DNA of 64,000 nt, taken from contig RQSC01000005.1 in assembly GCA_013416795.1 (NCBI GenBank), positions 74,263-138,262 on the forward strand, given 5' to 3'. A program made the position numbers and the translations under genes. The notes under the pieces are model-generated. The model worked only from the letters and a program-made list of their open reading frames with translations, did no database searches and had not been told where the DNA came from. Source of the DNA: Prasinococcaceae sp. CCMP 1430 (taxonomy: Eukaryota; Plantae; Prasinodermophyta). This document shows positions 23,056 through 36,120 of the stretch, one piece after another; position 1 is the first letter of the stretch; each line of letters opens with the position of its first letter.

Positions 23056-23214
23056 GAGCTTCAGCCGGCGGCTTCTTCGCCTGAGCGGCAGCTCGGACAT
23101 TAATCAGCTTATCGAGCCACCAAATCCTGTACCACCCGAGTGTAGTGCACGTGTCCCCGCACGCGAGAGAGGGATTGCTAGCTAGACGGGCCGCGCTCGC
23201 TAGAGGTGGAGCAT

Positions 23215-23734
23215 TTAGTAGGGGCGCAACGAGAGTAGCTGGACGTCAACTAGCACAGCCTCGGCACCGTCCGGCACGCGCGCCCCGAAGACCTTTCCTC
23301 CACCGACGTTCTCAAGCACGAGCTCGAAGGGGACGGCAAATTGGCGCCTCTCCCCCACAAGCATCGACATGACTGCACCGTCTTCGTCCTCCAACCACTG
23401 GTGAATTCCGACCTGGTACGCAGTGGATGCGCGTCGGCCCTCCGCGGTCGACGCAAACTCGCGGCCGTTGTTGTCATACGCGGCGAAGACAACCTCCACG
23501 AATGGAAACGGGCTGAACGATCCGACGGGGTCGAGGATGCCAGCAGCGGCGTCGCCCGCTCCCTCGCGGAGTACGCGCGAGCGCAGGCCGCTGGGCAGCT
23601 CCTCCCAGCCCTCCTCGGGGCCAAGCTCGCTTATGTCGAAGGGCGCGACGGATCGCGGGAGAGGCTCGGGGAACTCGGCCTGCGCGTCGTCGGCGCGCGC
23701 GCGTCCGGGGCCGAGCGCGCCGCCGCGCGCGAGC
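23215..23734 (-). CDS. FKBP-type peptidyl-prolyl isomerase-like protein (5' end in gap), possibly thylakoid-lumenal
   Basis: LPSGLRSRVLREGAG, MLVGERRQFAVP, LVDVQLL follow the FKBP fold pattern. An ARA motif precedes the putative mature domain. Catalytic residues are divergent. Confidence 0.7.
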
Positions 23735-23942
23735 NNNNNNNNNNNNNNNNNNNNNNNNNNNNNNNNNNNNNNNNNNNNNNNNNNNNNNNNNNNNNNNNNN
23801 NNNNNNNNNNNNNNNNNNNNNNNNNNNNNNNNNNNNNNNNNNNNNNNNNNNNNNNNNNNNNNNNNNNNNNNNNNNNNNNNNNNNNNNNNNNNNNNNNNNN
23901 NNNNNNNNNNNNNNNNNNNNNNNNNNNNNNNNNNNNNNNNNN
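23735..23942. other. Assembly gap, flanked by (GGGA)n
   Basis: Run of N followed by a GGGA repeat. Confidence 0.99.
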
Positions 23943-24061
23943 GGAGGGAGGGAGGGAGGGAGGGAGGGAGGGGGCACTCGCCGCGCGATGCACGCGCGCG
24001 CGCGCGCGCGCGGTACAGGAGGGCTCGCGGTCGGGCGGCGGCGAGCGCGCCCTCACTATCG

Positions 24062-26758
24062 ATGGACGCCGATGAGCCGCTTGCGGCGCCGCCGGCGCGC
24101 AAGAGCACCACCGAAGACCTCGCTGCCGCAGTGGGCGACGCGGCTGGCGCGATGGGGGACGCCGTCGGTGATGCGGCAGGCGCCGTGGGTGGAGCAACCA
24201 AGCGCGCCTTCGGGCGTACCACTGAGATGGGTGTGGCCACCATCGCGGCCTCGGCGCCCAAGGTGCGCACGCGCGGCGCACGTGCGCCTGCCAGTGCAGT
24301 ACCTGTTTGGAGTATACGCGTCCCCGCAGCTGGCGCGCGCGCACGCGTGCACATGACGCACACAAATGGCACCGCGTCCTTCATCTCGCTTCTGACAAGC
24401 TTCGTTGGCGAATGTGCGCTCGTCGCGCGGCGACTGCACGCCGGCGGACGTCGCGTGCGGCGCTGAGATTGTAGATGCGACCTTTCTTCGTCGAGCTGCG
24501 GCGGCGCTGGGTGCGCCTGCGGCGCGGCGGGCTGTACGCTTCGGAAGGACTCCTCCCCACGTGGCTGTTCGCGACGGCGTGCTGCCCATGCAGATGTGCG
24601 TTGTGCGGCGCCGAATGCGCCAAATGGGGCGTCGACGCCTGCCACAGATGCAACCAGCCGCGCAACCGCGCCTTGGGAGCAGGCAGAAGCACGCCCGGCG
24701 TCCCTCCCAAAGGCGTTGTGTTGATGGCGGCGTTGATGTGCAAAATGATGTACGAACTTTCCGAGGAAGGCTGGAAACGCGAGAGCTTCGCCACGGTGGT
24801 CGGGCGCGAGGCGGATGCAGCTGCGCAAGCAGTGGCGGAGAGAACCAACTTGGCATCGTCTGGGAGTGACACTGGCGGGGATACAGACACAGGTGTAAGC
24901 ACCGATGACGCCAACGAGCTGCATGCCGAGGAGAACGGCAGCGGCATCGATGAGGTTTCGGCTGCGGCGAAAGAAGAGAGGGGCGGTCGTGATGGCGACA
25001 ACAACGACCGGGACGCTGGCGCATCCGGCGCAGACGTGACCGCCCACATGAACCACGCGCAGTTTCTTGACCCAGTCATGCAAGACGTGTCCGCGAGAAT
25101 CTTCCCAGACATCGCCCGAGCCGCGCTCGCGGAGGAGGTGCTGTTTGTCCACACTGTGCGCGAGCTCCGAGACAAAATCGACACCAATGCAGTCCTAACC
25201 GTCAATTCTGCGATGCGGCGCGTCGTGGTGGCCTTCAGGGGCACGGCGTCCGCGCAAAATATTATGACGGATGCGAAGATTCTGAAATGCGGAGCCGACG
25301 ACAAAAGTGGCGCCTTCGGCCCGCCGATTCACAGGGGGTTTGCAGAGGCATGTGCACGCCGCACCGCCTGCACGTCAGCTGCACTGCATCCCCTGTCGAT
25401 GCCCCGCCATTTTACAGCTCGATGTTTTGCATGCACTGATGGCCAGCAAGTGAGCTTGAGGTAGAACGCCCGGCCCACTGGCAGTTTTGTGTCTCACACT
25501 TCTGATGCGAAGCGCTGACATGCGCGCGCGCGCAACCCCTCTCTCGACGCGAGCATAGGCGTACTACAGAGGGGGGGTAGCGTACGAGCTTGAGCATCGG
25601 CTCGCTGAGCTCTATCGCTGTCGCGCAGACGATTTCGACCACCGGCTCTACATCACCGGCCACTCGCTGGGTGGCGCGTTGGCGCAGCTGCTTGCGTATC
25701 GCTTGACGCGTCACTCGATCCTGCCCGAGGGGACCAACATCATCGTGGTCTCATTCGGCAGCCCGAGGTTGGGTGGTCCAGCATTTGCTGATGCGTTCAA
25801 CGCCATGACGAACGTGATCAACTACCGTGTCGTCAACGATGCAGACCCGGTTCCGAGAGTGCCCTCGTTCAATTTCAAGCATGCCGGCATCCTCATCCAC
25901 GTCCGACCGCCCGAGGACTGGGCGACAGGCGCAGGCAATGTGCACGTTTATCGCGACGGCGCTGACGTCCCGTCCCCGTGCACGAATTGCATATGCGCAA
26001 ACATCGATGGTGGGGATCACGCCGTCGCTCGGTACACACCACCGAAGAGACCGCATGGGAATACGCGGGACTCGGAGTCGGAGTCCAGACCGTGCCTGAG
26101 CTTTTTGAACTGTGCCGATTGCGGCGGCGGTACACTCGGGGGCAGGAGCGCCGCCTCGACAGCGTCCGCTATCGCCGCTGTCGCGGATAGCAGGGGCCAT
26201 CGCGCTGAGAGCAGTGCCACAGCAGGTAAGGAGGATGGTCGTCCAAGTGGCGGCAGCGAGCCCGAGGCCGCGTCCGAGGCAGGCTCCGTCGCCAGCGTGG
26301 TTGCCGTATCAGATGCGTCTCGCCACGAGAGGAAGACCAGAGCTAAGGATGACGCGAGCGCGAGCAGCGCCAGCATAGACGATCCGGCATGCTTCACTGG
26401 ATATCTGTATTCCGTCGCCTCCGTGCCTGCGGACAAGTGGCCTAACTCCGGTCCACCGTGGTGCGGAGTGAGCGCGGCAGACTTCATCGTGGCGCCGCGA
26501 GGATATACGGGGCGCATGTTTGTCTTCACTGAAGTGGAGAAGAGCAGCATCATGGACGCCACCGAGTCTGATTTGAGCGACGATGGGGAAGGCGGGAAGG
26601 CAGGCGCCCGGGCAGGTGGATCTGCTCCGCATCTCGTGAAACGCCGCACACTTGCGTGGGGTGTGGGCCTTGACGACAAATGGCTGGAGGCCGCACAGAG
26701 CGAGTCCGACATTGCAACGAAGCGCCCCCCTGTGCAGCAAGCGCCAATGACTTCGTGA
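24062..26758 (+). CDS. Class 3 (fungal-type) lipase (exons 24062-24262, 24475-25347, 25559-26758)
   Basis: VVVAFRGT, IHRGFAE|AY, LYITGHSLGGALA nucleophile elbow, SFGSPRLG, RVVNDADPVPRVP, FKHAG, DH. Confidence 0.87.
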
Positions 26759-27117
26759 TGGATGCATGGGTACTTTTTTAGGTGCCATTTTGTGCGCTCG
26801 CACGCTGTTGCTATCAGAGACGCTCACGCCACGCACTGGGCAAGTCAATGCACCCATGCCGCTTCTCCCGCTCGGGCACTACTTTCCTGGCATCGGATTC
26901 CATGCTCGGGCCGTCACATTCCCGGTCGAAAGGAAACCAGTGAGTGGGTGTCGTCGGATGTGGGATCAAGTGGGATTGATTAAGGACGAGAATCGTTTGC
27001 GTGTCTGTGTGATCATCGCGCGCGGAGGTCGGGCGGGCGCGGGCGAGGCTCCGCGCAGGCCCTGGCGTGAGCATGCTGCACGCTACCGCAGCGCGCGCGG
27101 CAGCACCGACGTGTTCG

Positions 27118-28814
27118 CTAGCATCCGGCGCTGGCTGCTGCCGGTGCGCGCCCGCTGGCCCGGCGGCTCCGCGCTGCGCCCTTGCTCAGCAGCGTGTCCT
27201 CCATGAGCTCCAGCGCAGCGTTGTGCATGACCTCGGTGTGCTCGTGCGCCACGGCCGCCTCGACAAGCACCCGCAGTGACTCGCCCGCCCCATGGTGCTC
27301 GTACGTGGTCGCCGCCCGCGCCACGGCGTCGGCCGTGCCCTCCAGCCAGCAGCGTGGGTCCGTTTCGCCGGCGAGCACCCACAGAGCGCGCGGGGCCACG
27401 CACGGCAGCGCATCCGACGCGTCGAAGTTTTCCACGAGGCCGGGCGCGCACGCGTCGAGCACCGCCTTCACAACCGCGGAGTCAATGCGATTGCGATTGC
27501 CATTCAGGTCCTCGGCGGCGTCTGATGGTTGGGCCCGAGGCGGACGAGGAAGAGGAGCGGTGCGGCGCGAGCGCGTGCGCGCGTCAGGGTGTGCGCGCGC
27601 GCCAGCAGCTCGTGAATCGCACGCACGCGCGCGCGCGACTTCGCCGCGTTTGTAGCACGCCTGCTGAGCCGCGCACTCGCACCGTCAAACGCTGTGCGCT
27701 TGGCCTCCAGCTGCTGCTCTTCGCTCATCGCATCGCTTTGGCTTCGCGTGAGTCGGGGGCGGAACGAGTCCACGCGCGCGTGGAAGGCCTTGCGCTGCAG
27801 CGCGTAGCGGAGGCTCTGCAGGCCGATGAGTGGCGCGACCGCCGTCAGCCGCTCGTCGGCGGCCGCCGCGAGCAGCGCCACACTGCCGCCGAGCGACACA
27901 CCCACGATACCCGCGCCGCCCGCATTTCGAGGCGAGCGCACGCAGGCGCGTGTTTCCAGCCAGTCTAGCACGCGCTGCACGTCCCACGCGCTGTCCATGA
28001 GGTACGGGCCGGCCGACAGGCCCGACGAGGGCAAGCAGCCCTTGAGCTTAGAGTCGCCGTCAGCAAGCTTGGCTGCGGATGCGCCACCAACGCCGGTGCT
28101 GGGAGTGACGACGACCACCCCGGGTGCGGATGGAGTTGCCGCGGCCGAGCGTGCATCTCGAGTGCCCGCGCGGGGCGCTCGCGCCGCCCGGTGCGCGCTC
28201 CTCCACGCGTCGCGCATGGCGCGCGTATAAGCGCCGTCGCCCCCTCGCGCGCCGTGGTGACGCAGGTCCATCGAGACGGCCACGAGGCCGCGCCGCACGC
28301 ACTCGAGCATGGCGACGCATGCGCGACCGCCGCGTGTGTCCGCGAACATCTCCTTAGACGAGTGCGTGCTGTGCAGCAGCAGCACTGCCGGTTGGGGTGA
28401 CGGGGGCGCGGCGGCGCCCGCAGGCCGCATGAGCAGTATGGGAATGTCGCGCTGCCCGGCGTCGGCGTCGTCGTTGCCGCCTATCAAGGTCCAGCGCTCC
28501 AGCGCGGCCGCGCTTTTGCTATTCGGCAAGGGCACGCCAAGCACGCCCTCGAAGCGCGCGCGCGGCGCGGGGCGGGCGCGCCCGGCGGCGAGCGCACCCC
28601 GCAGCGCACTTCGTGTTTGTTCCGCGGCCGTAAGGGCTTCTGAGGGCGCGATGGGGACGCAAGGAGGGATGGTACCCGCGCGGCATAGCTCTTCCGTCAT
28701 GTCGTGCAGCCCCTCCGCGCGAGTTGCTGCGGCTGGCCCTGCTGCTGCTGCTGTCGAGGCTGCTGCTGAGGCTGAGCCACCGCCGCCATGCGAGCGTGGC
28801 ACGGAAGCCCCCAT
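27118..28814 (-). CDS. Alpha/beta-hydrolase (esterase/peptidase S9-like; exons 28814-27683, 27521-27118)
   Basis: VLLLH, DLRHHGAR, nucleophile GVSLGG, acid GETDPRC, His AHE. Intron 27682-27522 splices in frame. Confidence 0.85.
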
Positions 28815-29043
28815 CTCCTTCGGCAGCGAGCGAGCCCTGCCTCCCCCCTGGCCGCCTCGCGCCGCGCCGCGCCCGAACGGCGCGCGGCGCCGCGCGTGAC
28901 GCGCGCCTCGCTTTGCCTCGCGGCCGCCTCGCCTCGCGCAGGCGGTGTGGCGCGCCGCGCCAGCTCGCTCGCGCGCTCGCGCGCGCTGGGGGAACCACCC
29001 GCCGGAGACTTCTTCCTCGTCCCCACACGAACGCACTCGATGT

Positions 29044-29056
29044 AAACCCTACCCTA
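29044..29056 (+). promoter_or_regulatory. Telo-box-like motif (AAACCCTA) in a divergent promoter
   Basis: AAACCCTACCCTAA. The same motif or its complement occurs at 112-119, 18216-18223 and 46553-46560, all upstream of genes. Confidence 0.5.
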
Positions 29057-29685
29057 ATGACCCCACGAAGTCAGACCGGCGGGCGGGCGCTCGGGGCGAA
29101 TCGGCGGGCCGGTGGAAAAATCATGCATGCGCGGCTGTCAAACTTCACAGCAGTCGAGCAGAGCGGATAGGCGGCGGATCTTGGCGGCGAGATTTGTGCC
29201 TGAGGGGTCCCACGTTCGTCAACCCACCCGCCCATACGTACCATCATGATGGTACGCGCGCACGTGGGGCCCGGCCAGCCTTGCATGCCGCAATGCATTT
29301 GACATAAAATACATTCATGTTTGGTTCCGCGGGCTTTGGCAGCGGGTGCGGGGCACGCGGCGCAAGGAAAAATGCGCGGCGCCACACTGCCGCGCTGGCG
29401 CACCCGGCCCTTCCCTAGCGCCCCGGCCCCGCGCGCCTGCCCCCCCACCCCCCCACAGCCCCAAACTCCCGCCCCCTAACCCCTACCACCACCAGCCCGA
29501 CCACCTCGGCGCCGCACCGCGTTGTTGTGCGGCGGGTCCGCGCGTGCGCGACGTCTGCGCGGGGCGCGCCTGCGGCTGCTGCTGAGCCTGAGAGCTCGTT
29601 CACGACGGCGGCGCTGGCGGCTCGGGCGGGCAGGAGGGCCAGCCCCCTGAGCCCCCACGGGCTTGGGGCGGCGTTCGGCGCAGCA

Positions 29686-32600
29686 ATGAGGGCGCAGCTT
29701 TTTTTGGCCGTGGCGTTGCTGCTCGCCGCCTCACGCGCGAGCGCGCTCTTCGAGTATGGTACGCGGCACTGCGCGTGGTGCCTTCTACTAGCGCGCTCGC
29801 TCGCGTGCGAACGTGTGCGCGAGGGCGTGCCGCATCCGCCCGCGACGCGCCCGCCCGTGCCTGCGCGGGGTAGGCGCGGAGCTACAGTGGGGCCGCCGAC
29901 GGCGGCGCTGGCGCTTAACATCGGCTGACGGCGCCTTTTCGCGAACGCGCGCGCGCGTTCGCAGTGAATTCGGACGCCTTCGCCACGTGTGACATCTACG
30001 GCGCCCCCAACGAGACCGCGGTGGGACCATGGTCCAGCCTACCGCCGCACTGCGTGCTCGAGGAGCAGGAGAGCAAGTTTCGCTGCATGCGCAGCTACAT
30101 CGAGGCGCGCGCTGACCAGATCCCAGACGGCGAGGCGGCGTGCGATGCCGACTACAATGCGCCGTGCGCGCGATCCATCGCCGAGGCCAAGGCCGAGGGC
30201 CTCAGGCGGAGGCTGGCAGCTGCAGAGGTTGTGGACGGGGGTGCTACGCCAGCAGATTACATGGCACTCGCGCGCAGCCATCTCGAGGACGCGGCGGCGA
30301 TTGTCAGCGGACAAAATGTGTCGCTCGCCGAGGAGCTCGAAGGGCTGGTAGCTGCCGCGTCGAATGCGTCGCTCACACTTGGCATGCTCGACGACATTGC
30401 AGTGGCGGTGATCGGCAACATCAACGCAACGCGACTGATCGAGGTGGCCACTGGGGCGTTCGTCAACGCTGAGGATGGGGGAGGCGACCTGGAGGATATG
30501 CTGGTGCGCGCTACGGCGGGTGAGTTCAATCACCCAAACCACTTCTGGCCGCTTGTCATGGACATTTCGAGCGGCGTGATTCGCGCGAATGGCCGCCAGG
30601 CCGCCTTCGCGAACGATCCTGCTGAGGGGTCGCAGGCGATCAACAAGACTTTGGCAGGATGGCTCCTGTCGGTCACCGCAAGCATGGGCGAGCCAGCTGA
30701 CAGCGGCGCAACCTTTGACTTCGTCCCTGCGGCTGGCATCCCTGGCACAGACTGCCCGAGCGAAGCGGACGCACCCGGCGCTGGGTTCTGCGTGAACAAC
30801 TCGGTTTACAGAGCCGCCTTGGCCAGGGACGGGAAGAATGTGAGTGACGAGGGTAACTACACAGGGCGCATACGCGCCGCCATTGAGGCGTGCGAAATCC
30901 ATGGCCATCACGGCGCTTTCACATATTTGTTGATGCCGTCTGCGCTGCTGGGCAGCGCGTCCCTCGCAAACACCAAATGGGCCGCTGAACGACGAGCGGA
31001 TGAGTGGATTCTGTACTCCGCGACGCCGACGGAGCTGCTCGGACTCAGTGTCGCCTACAGCTATCGAAATATCCCAAACGCACCCGTGCTCCCTTGCAAT
31101 AGCGACTTCAATGACTTGTGCTCGATTGCCAATTCCGTGACCCTGGTCGGGAAGGCCCTCGACGCTGTGGACAGGACCCGCACACAGTGGGCATTCGAAG
31201 ACGCGCTGAACTCGCTGACATTCAGCCCTGAGTACAAGCTGCAAAACTTTTACGTTTTCAGCTACCACTACAACGGCATGAACGTTGCGCACGGTGCCAA
31301 CTCTCGGAACGTGGGGCGATCGACTTCCGCAATTGCTGCCGACTCGTCGCCAATCGTCGACGGCGTGCACCAGAATGCCATCCTCGCCGCAGCCGCCTCC
31401 GTGCCGAGCGGTTCCTGGGTCAATTTCCCGTGGCCAACGCTCGAGGTCCAGCGTGCCATTCAAAATGGCGTGGCACTCCCCCCCGATAAGCTCGCGGAGG
31501 TCGACCAGAAAGTCGCTTTCATGGTCAACTACGAGCACAGTGTCCGAGGCTCAGTGCAGCAATTCTACCTCGGCGTCGGGTACACGCACCAGCCCCTGCC
31601 GGAGCGGTGTGCTGACACTGGCCCCTTGGATGAGCCGTGGACAACCGAATTGAACTGTACGGCTCTGCCGTCTAATTCGTCGGCGAAGTGCGCCGCCGAC
31701 TTCGCTTCGCCATGTGCGATCGCCAACACCCAGCGGCTTGTGGCGGACGCTGCCACCGAAGCGTACGTGCAAGATCCCGCGTCGAACATCGTCGGCCTCG
31801 TCAACGCGTCTGATCGCTTCAACCTCGGCTCGGAGCGAGCGCCCTTCGGTCTCTGGGTGATGAACGAAGACGGTGTCCTCGTCGCACTCGGGCGCTCGTA
31901 TCCACGCAACTACCGGACGATGCGCGAGTTGTATGTCGATGGCTTTGGCCTTTCGGAGGATGCCTACGCGTGCTTCATGGACGCGGCCAAGAGGACCGCG
32001 ACGAGTGCTCTGGGAGGTACCAACAGCGCCTTACTCGGCGGTTGGCTGAAGACGCAGTGGGGTCTGACCAGGAATGGAGAGATCGCCGAGGTCGACCTGA
32101 CCGTTATGTACGTGCGAGGCTTGATGCTCGGCAATACGCGCTTCTTCTACGGGACCGGCTTCCTTTCGCGCGGCCCCCCGGACGTCGTGCACTCCTTCGA
32201 CGGCCGCCCATGTGGCAACGACTTCGACACCTCGTGCGCGAGGCAAAACGCGCGCCTAGCGCTGGGCGTGGTGGCGTCGCGTGTCCTCGCATCGGGCAGG
32301 GCAGCTGCCCTGAACGAGTCGCAGCAGCAATGTCTGCAAACTCTTCGGCAGCAAGGCGACGCGCTCGATCTCAACTCGTCCGCTGCAGGTGCGGACACGA
32401 CTGGCAGCGGAGGCGAGCAGCGACGCCTGCTTGCAGACAAAGACGCCCTGCTCACACTGGAGGAAGAGCTCGCAGCGGTGACGAATGAAGGGCTGCGTGG
32501 TCTGTTGGGCGAGGACGCCGCATTCGCGTACTTCGACTGCCTCGCGTACGTGCTTCGACCCAGCGCAGATGAGGCCACGGCCGAGGTCGTTGCCTCGACG

Positions 32601-35411
32601 ATCAACCCCGCGCACGTAGGCAACAGCACAGCCACCATTGTGCCACCGGACGTCGACCCCACCGAATGGCTTCAAGCGCACGCGGACGCCGCCTCAGAGT
32701 ACACGTACGAGCTTGGTTCCTCGATCGATGGTCAGCAGGGCTACGCCAACGTGCGCGTCAGCAATGGGACGGATCAGCCACCACTGCGCCTGCGTGTGCT
32801 CGTCGTACGCGTTCGTGCCGGCGAGGATGGGCTCCCATACCTGGTGGCCAGTGGCACGCAAGACAGGCGCGCCTTCCATGCGTGCGGGAACGGCTCGTGT
32901 CCAGCTCACTCCGCGTGCGCGTCGAGCGAGAGCGAGTTCTGCGAGTGTGCTGCTGGCTACGTCGCCAACATCGAGACAGGCGTGTGCGAGGACGAGCCCG
33001 GGAGTGGCGGCAGCAGCCTGCCAACGTGGGTCATCGTGTTGATAGCCGTGCTCGGCTCAGCGGCCCTTCTAGTGGCGCTATTGGCTCTGTACGTGCGCCG
33101 CCGTCAACGGCTCAAACATGAGGGCGCTTGGCTGATCGACCCCGCAGAAATCGAGGTCGTTGAGCCGTACACACCTCTCGGGAGTGGCACGTACGGCCAT
33201 GTGTATCTCGGTCGGTTCCGAGGGACGTTGGTCGCGCTCAAGAGAGTCAACCTCTTCGCAGGTCGCGAAAGCAAGAAGGTGTCGAGCGAGCGGGCCATGG
33301 GTGACGGAGCTGGTGACGCGGCAGAGGAAGTGCCGCGCCTCGGCTCGTCCCCGGTCGGAGGCATAGCAGGCGCGGGCAAAGCGAATGAAAAGGACCTGAC
33401 AAAGGAGCACCGCGCGAGCTCGCTTCGGCGGGCCCCGTCGCTAAACCCGTACAGCACTACGGCTGTGGCAATACAGGAGCTCGATGCCGGCGGGCAAGGC
33501 TCGCAGCTCCCTCAGCTGCCCGAGAGCGGCGTAGGGCGCGACGAGTCGGCGGAAGGCATGCAAGGGAGCGCCTGGGGCAGCGGTCGCAGCGGCGTGGCGC
33601 GTGCATTTGGGGCTCCGTGCTGCGCAATGCCATCCACGACGTCCATTGCCTCTGCCGAAAACATTGATGGGGACTGCGAACACATCTCCGCTTGCAACTC
33701 TGCGAGCAGCAGCAGTAGCCTTGGGCACGCTTCAAGCAGCGGCGGCAGCGGCTTCTCCTGGGCCAAAAGGGCGCTAGTACCGCCTGCGTGGCTGGGGGGT
33801 TCTCCGACGTCCACACGACGAAGTCGTTACCAGAGGGGCAGTGCGAGGCTGTCCAGCTCCAGGCGTGTGGCCACCTTCAAGCGCGAGATCAAGCTCATGG
33901 TTCGGCTGCGGCACCCGAATATCGTCACGATGCTCGGTTCGACACGCGAGACGAAGCCGCTCATCGTCATGGAGTACATGCCGAGGGGCACGTTGCATGA
34001 CCTCCTCGCAAGCCCGACCTTCGCGGTTCCACCCGGACTTCTGTACTCCATGGCGCGCAACGTCGTGGCCGGGCTCAGGTATCTGCACGCGGGCGGAGTG
34101 CTCCACCGAGATTTGAAAGCGGGGAACGTGCTCGTTACCGAGAGCTTCGAGGCGAAGATTGCCGATTTCGGCCTTTCCGGCACCAAGAGCAGTGTCTACG
34201 ACGGCGGCGGGTCGCACGGCGTCGTAGGTACGCCCTTCTGGATGGCGCCTGAATTGCTGGACGGCCAGCCGCACAGCGAAATGTCGGACGTGTACGCCTT
34301 TGGCATGCTGCTGTACGAGATGTGGTCGCGCACGACGCCGTACTCCGATCTATGCGTCGGCGAGGAAAGCGGAGGCGCGGGCATGCGCCCTCGTGAGGTG
34401 CTGCTGGCCGTGCGCTCGTCCGAAACGAAGCTCCGCCCGACCATAACTGCGAGCATGCGCGCGAACGCCCCGCCGGAGCTTTGGCAGCTCATCGAGGACT
34501 GCCTGCTCCACCACGACGCGCGCCGGCCTACCCTTGAGGAGTGCGACACCGTGCTGGCGAAGCTGCAGGCGTCGTGCGGCGATGTGTTCGACCCCGAGTC
34601 CAACCAGCGCCGCACACACCTCCTCGAGCGCATGCTCCCACCCGACGTGGCTGCGCGCCTCACGCGCGGTGAGAAGGTGGGAGCGTTGCGGTACGCCGAC
34701 GTGACCGTCTTCTTCTCGGACATCGTCGGGTTCACGGAGCTGAGCGCGACTTTGCAGCCGGAGCAGGTCACGGACTTTCTCAACAGACTGTATCGCACCC
34801 TCGATGGCCTCTGCGCCGAGTTCGACCTCTTCAAGCTCGAAACGATTGGCGACAGCTTCATGTGCGCCGGCTCGGTGCATCGCCAGCAGCCCAACACACA
34901 TGTCGCGCGTGTGGCGTGCTTTGCCCTCGCCGCCGTGCAGGCTGCCGAGCGCACGCTCGTCGACGTGGATGCGCCAGAGCTTGGAACGCTCCAGATACGC
35001 GTCGGCTTTCATTGCGGGCCTGCCGTCGGGGCTGTTGTTGGGGACGCTAACCTCAAATTTTCGCTCTATGGAGACACGGTCAACACGGCCAGCCGCTGCG
35101 AGTCAAACGGCTTGGCGCAGCGCGTGACGTGCTCGGAGGCGGCCGCGAAGGCGCTCGCATCGCAGGCGCCGTGGCTGAGCGTGGAGCCGCGCGGCTCAAA
35201 GACGGTGAAAGGCAAGGGTGAGATGAAGCTCTTCTGGGTTGTCGGCACCAAAGATGGGCGCGACCCGCGGGAGTGTGTGTGTGAACTCGAGCAGGCCGAT
35301 GGCGCCACCCGAGGCGACGACGGCGACTGCGTCGATAGCGTGCTCACAGTCACTGCAGGGGGAGGCGGCACCGACTCCGCGGACGAGGTTGGCGAGATCG
35401 CCGACAAGTAG
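29686..35411 (+). CDS. Single-pass receptor: signal peptide, repeated Cache-like ectodomain, EGF-like module, TM, TKL-type protein kinase, class III nucleotidyl (guanylate-like) cyclase (exons 29686-29758, 29965-35411)
   Basis: Signal exon MRAQLFLAVALLLAASRASA and TM WVIVLIAVLGSAALLVALLALYV. Kinase GSGTYG/VALK/HRDLKAGN/DFG/APE. Cyclase FSDIVGFT, KLETIGD, GDTVNTASR. Confidence 0.9.
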
Positions 35412-36120
35412 CTGCTGCTACCTTGTGCGATTACAGTGAAGGACGCGGCGCCGCTCGAAGGTCGCATTGCCTGCGCGCGTCCGGGCGGCCGCGCCGCGCG
35501 AAGGGCGCGCGCGATGCCGACGCCCAATAAGTGCACTCTTCCTCTCCCGCCGCATCGGCCAGCGCTGGCCCGACCGAGAGACCCTGCAGTTCAAAAAAAA
35601 ACCAACGACGTTGCGCGCGCCAAACAAACACACCTACTAGACAATTTGAAACAGCGCACGAACACACGTGCCTCCAAACGGGGGGCCTCCTTTCGCGTCG
35701 GGCACGTGCAGTTCGAGTTCGGCCGCGCGCTGTGCACAGCGCGCGCGCGCGCCGCGCGCGCCGCTCGTGCCATCGCGCGCCTTGCCGCCGCCCTCGCCGC
35801 CGCCGCGCGCGCCGCGACAGTCGCAGCCGACGCGCGGCGCGCTTTCAGGAGGAGCGGGGTCGCTGTTCCGCGGCGGGGGTGGGGGGAGGCGAAGGCGCGC
35901 GCGCGTCTGCGCGGGGCGCACGTGCGGGGCACCAGCGTGCGCGTCCTCTGCTCGTCAGCAGCGCGCGCGCGCTCCCCGCTCGCCGGCGCACCGTGCCTCC
36001 TCGTTGGACGGTGCCGTCATGCTGGTGGTTGCCTTTTGGGATCGCTGCGCGCGCGCGCTCCCAGCGCGCGACGTTGCACGCCGGTGGCCGCTGACGCTCG
36101 ACGCTTTCCCAGCTCTCGAC

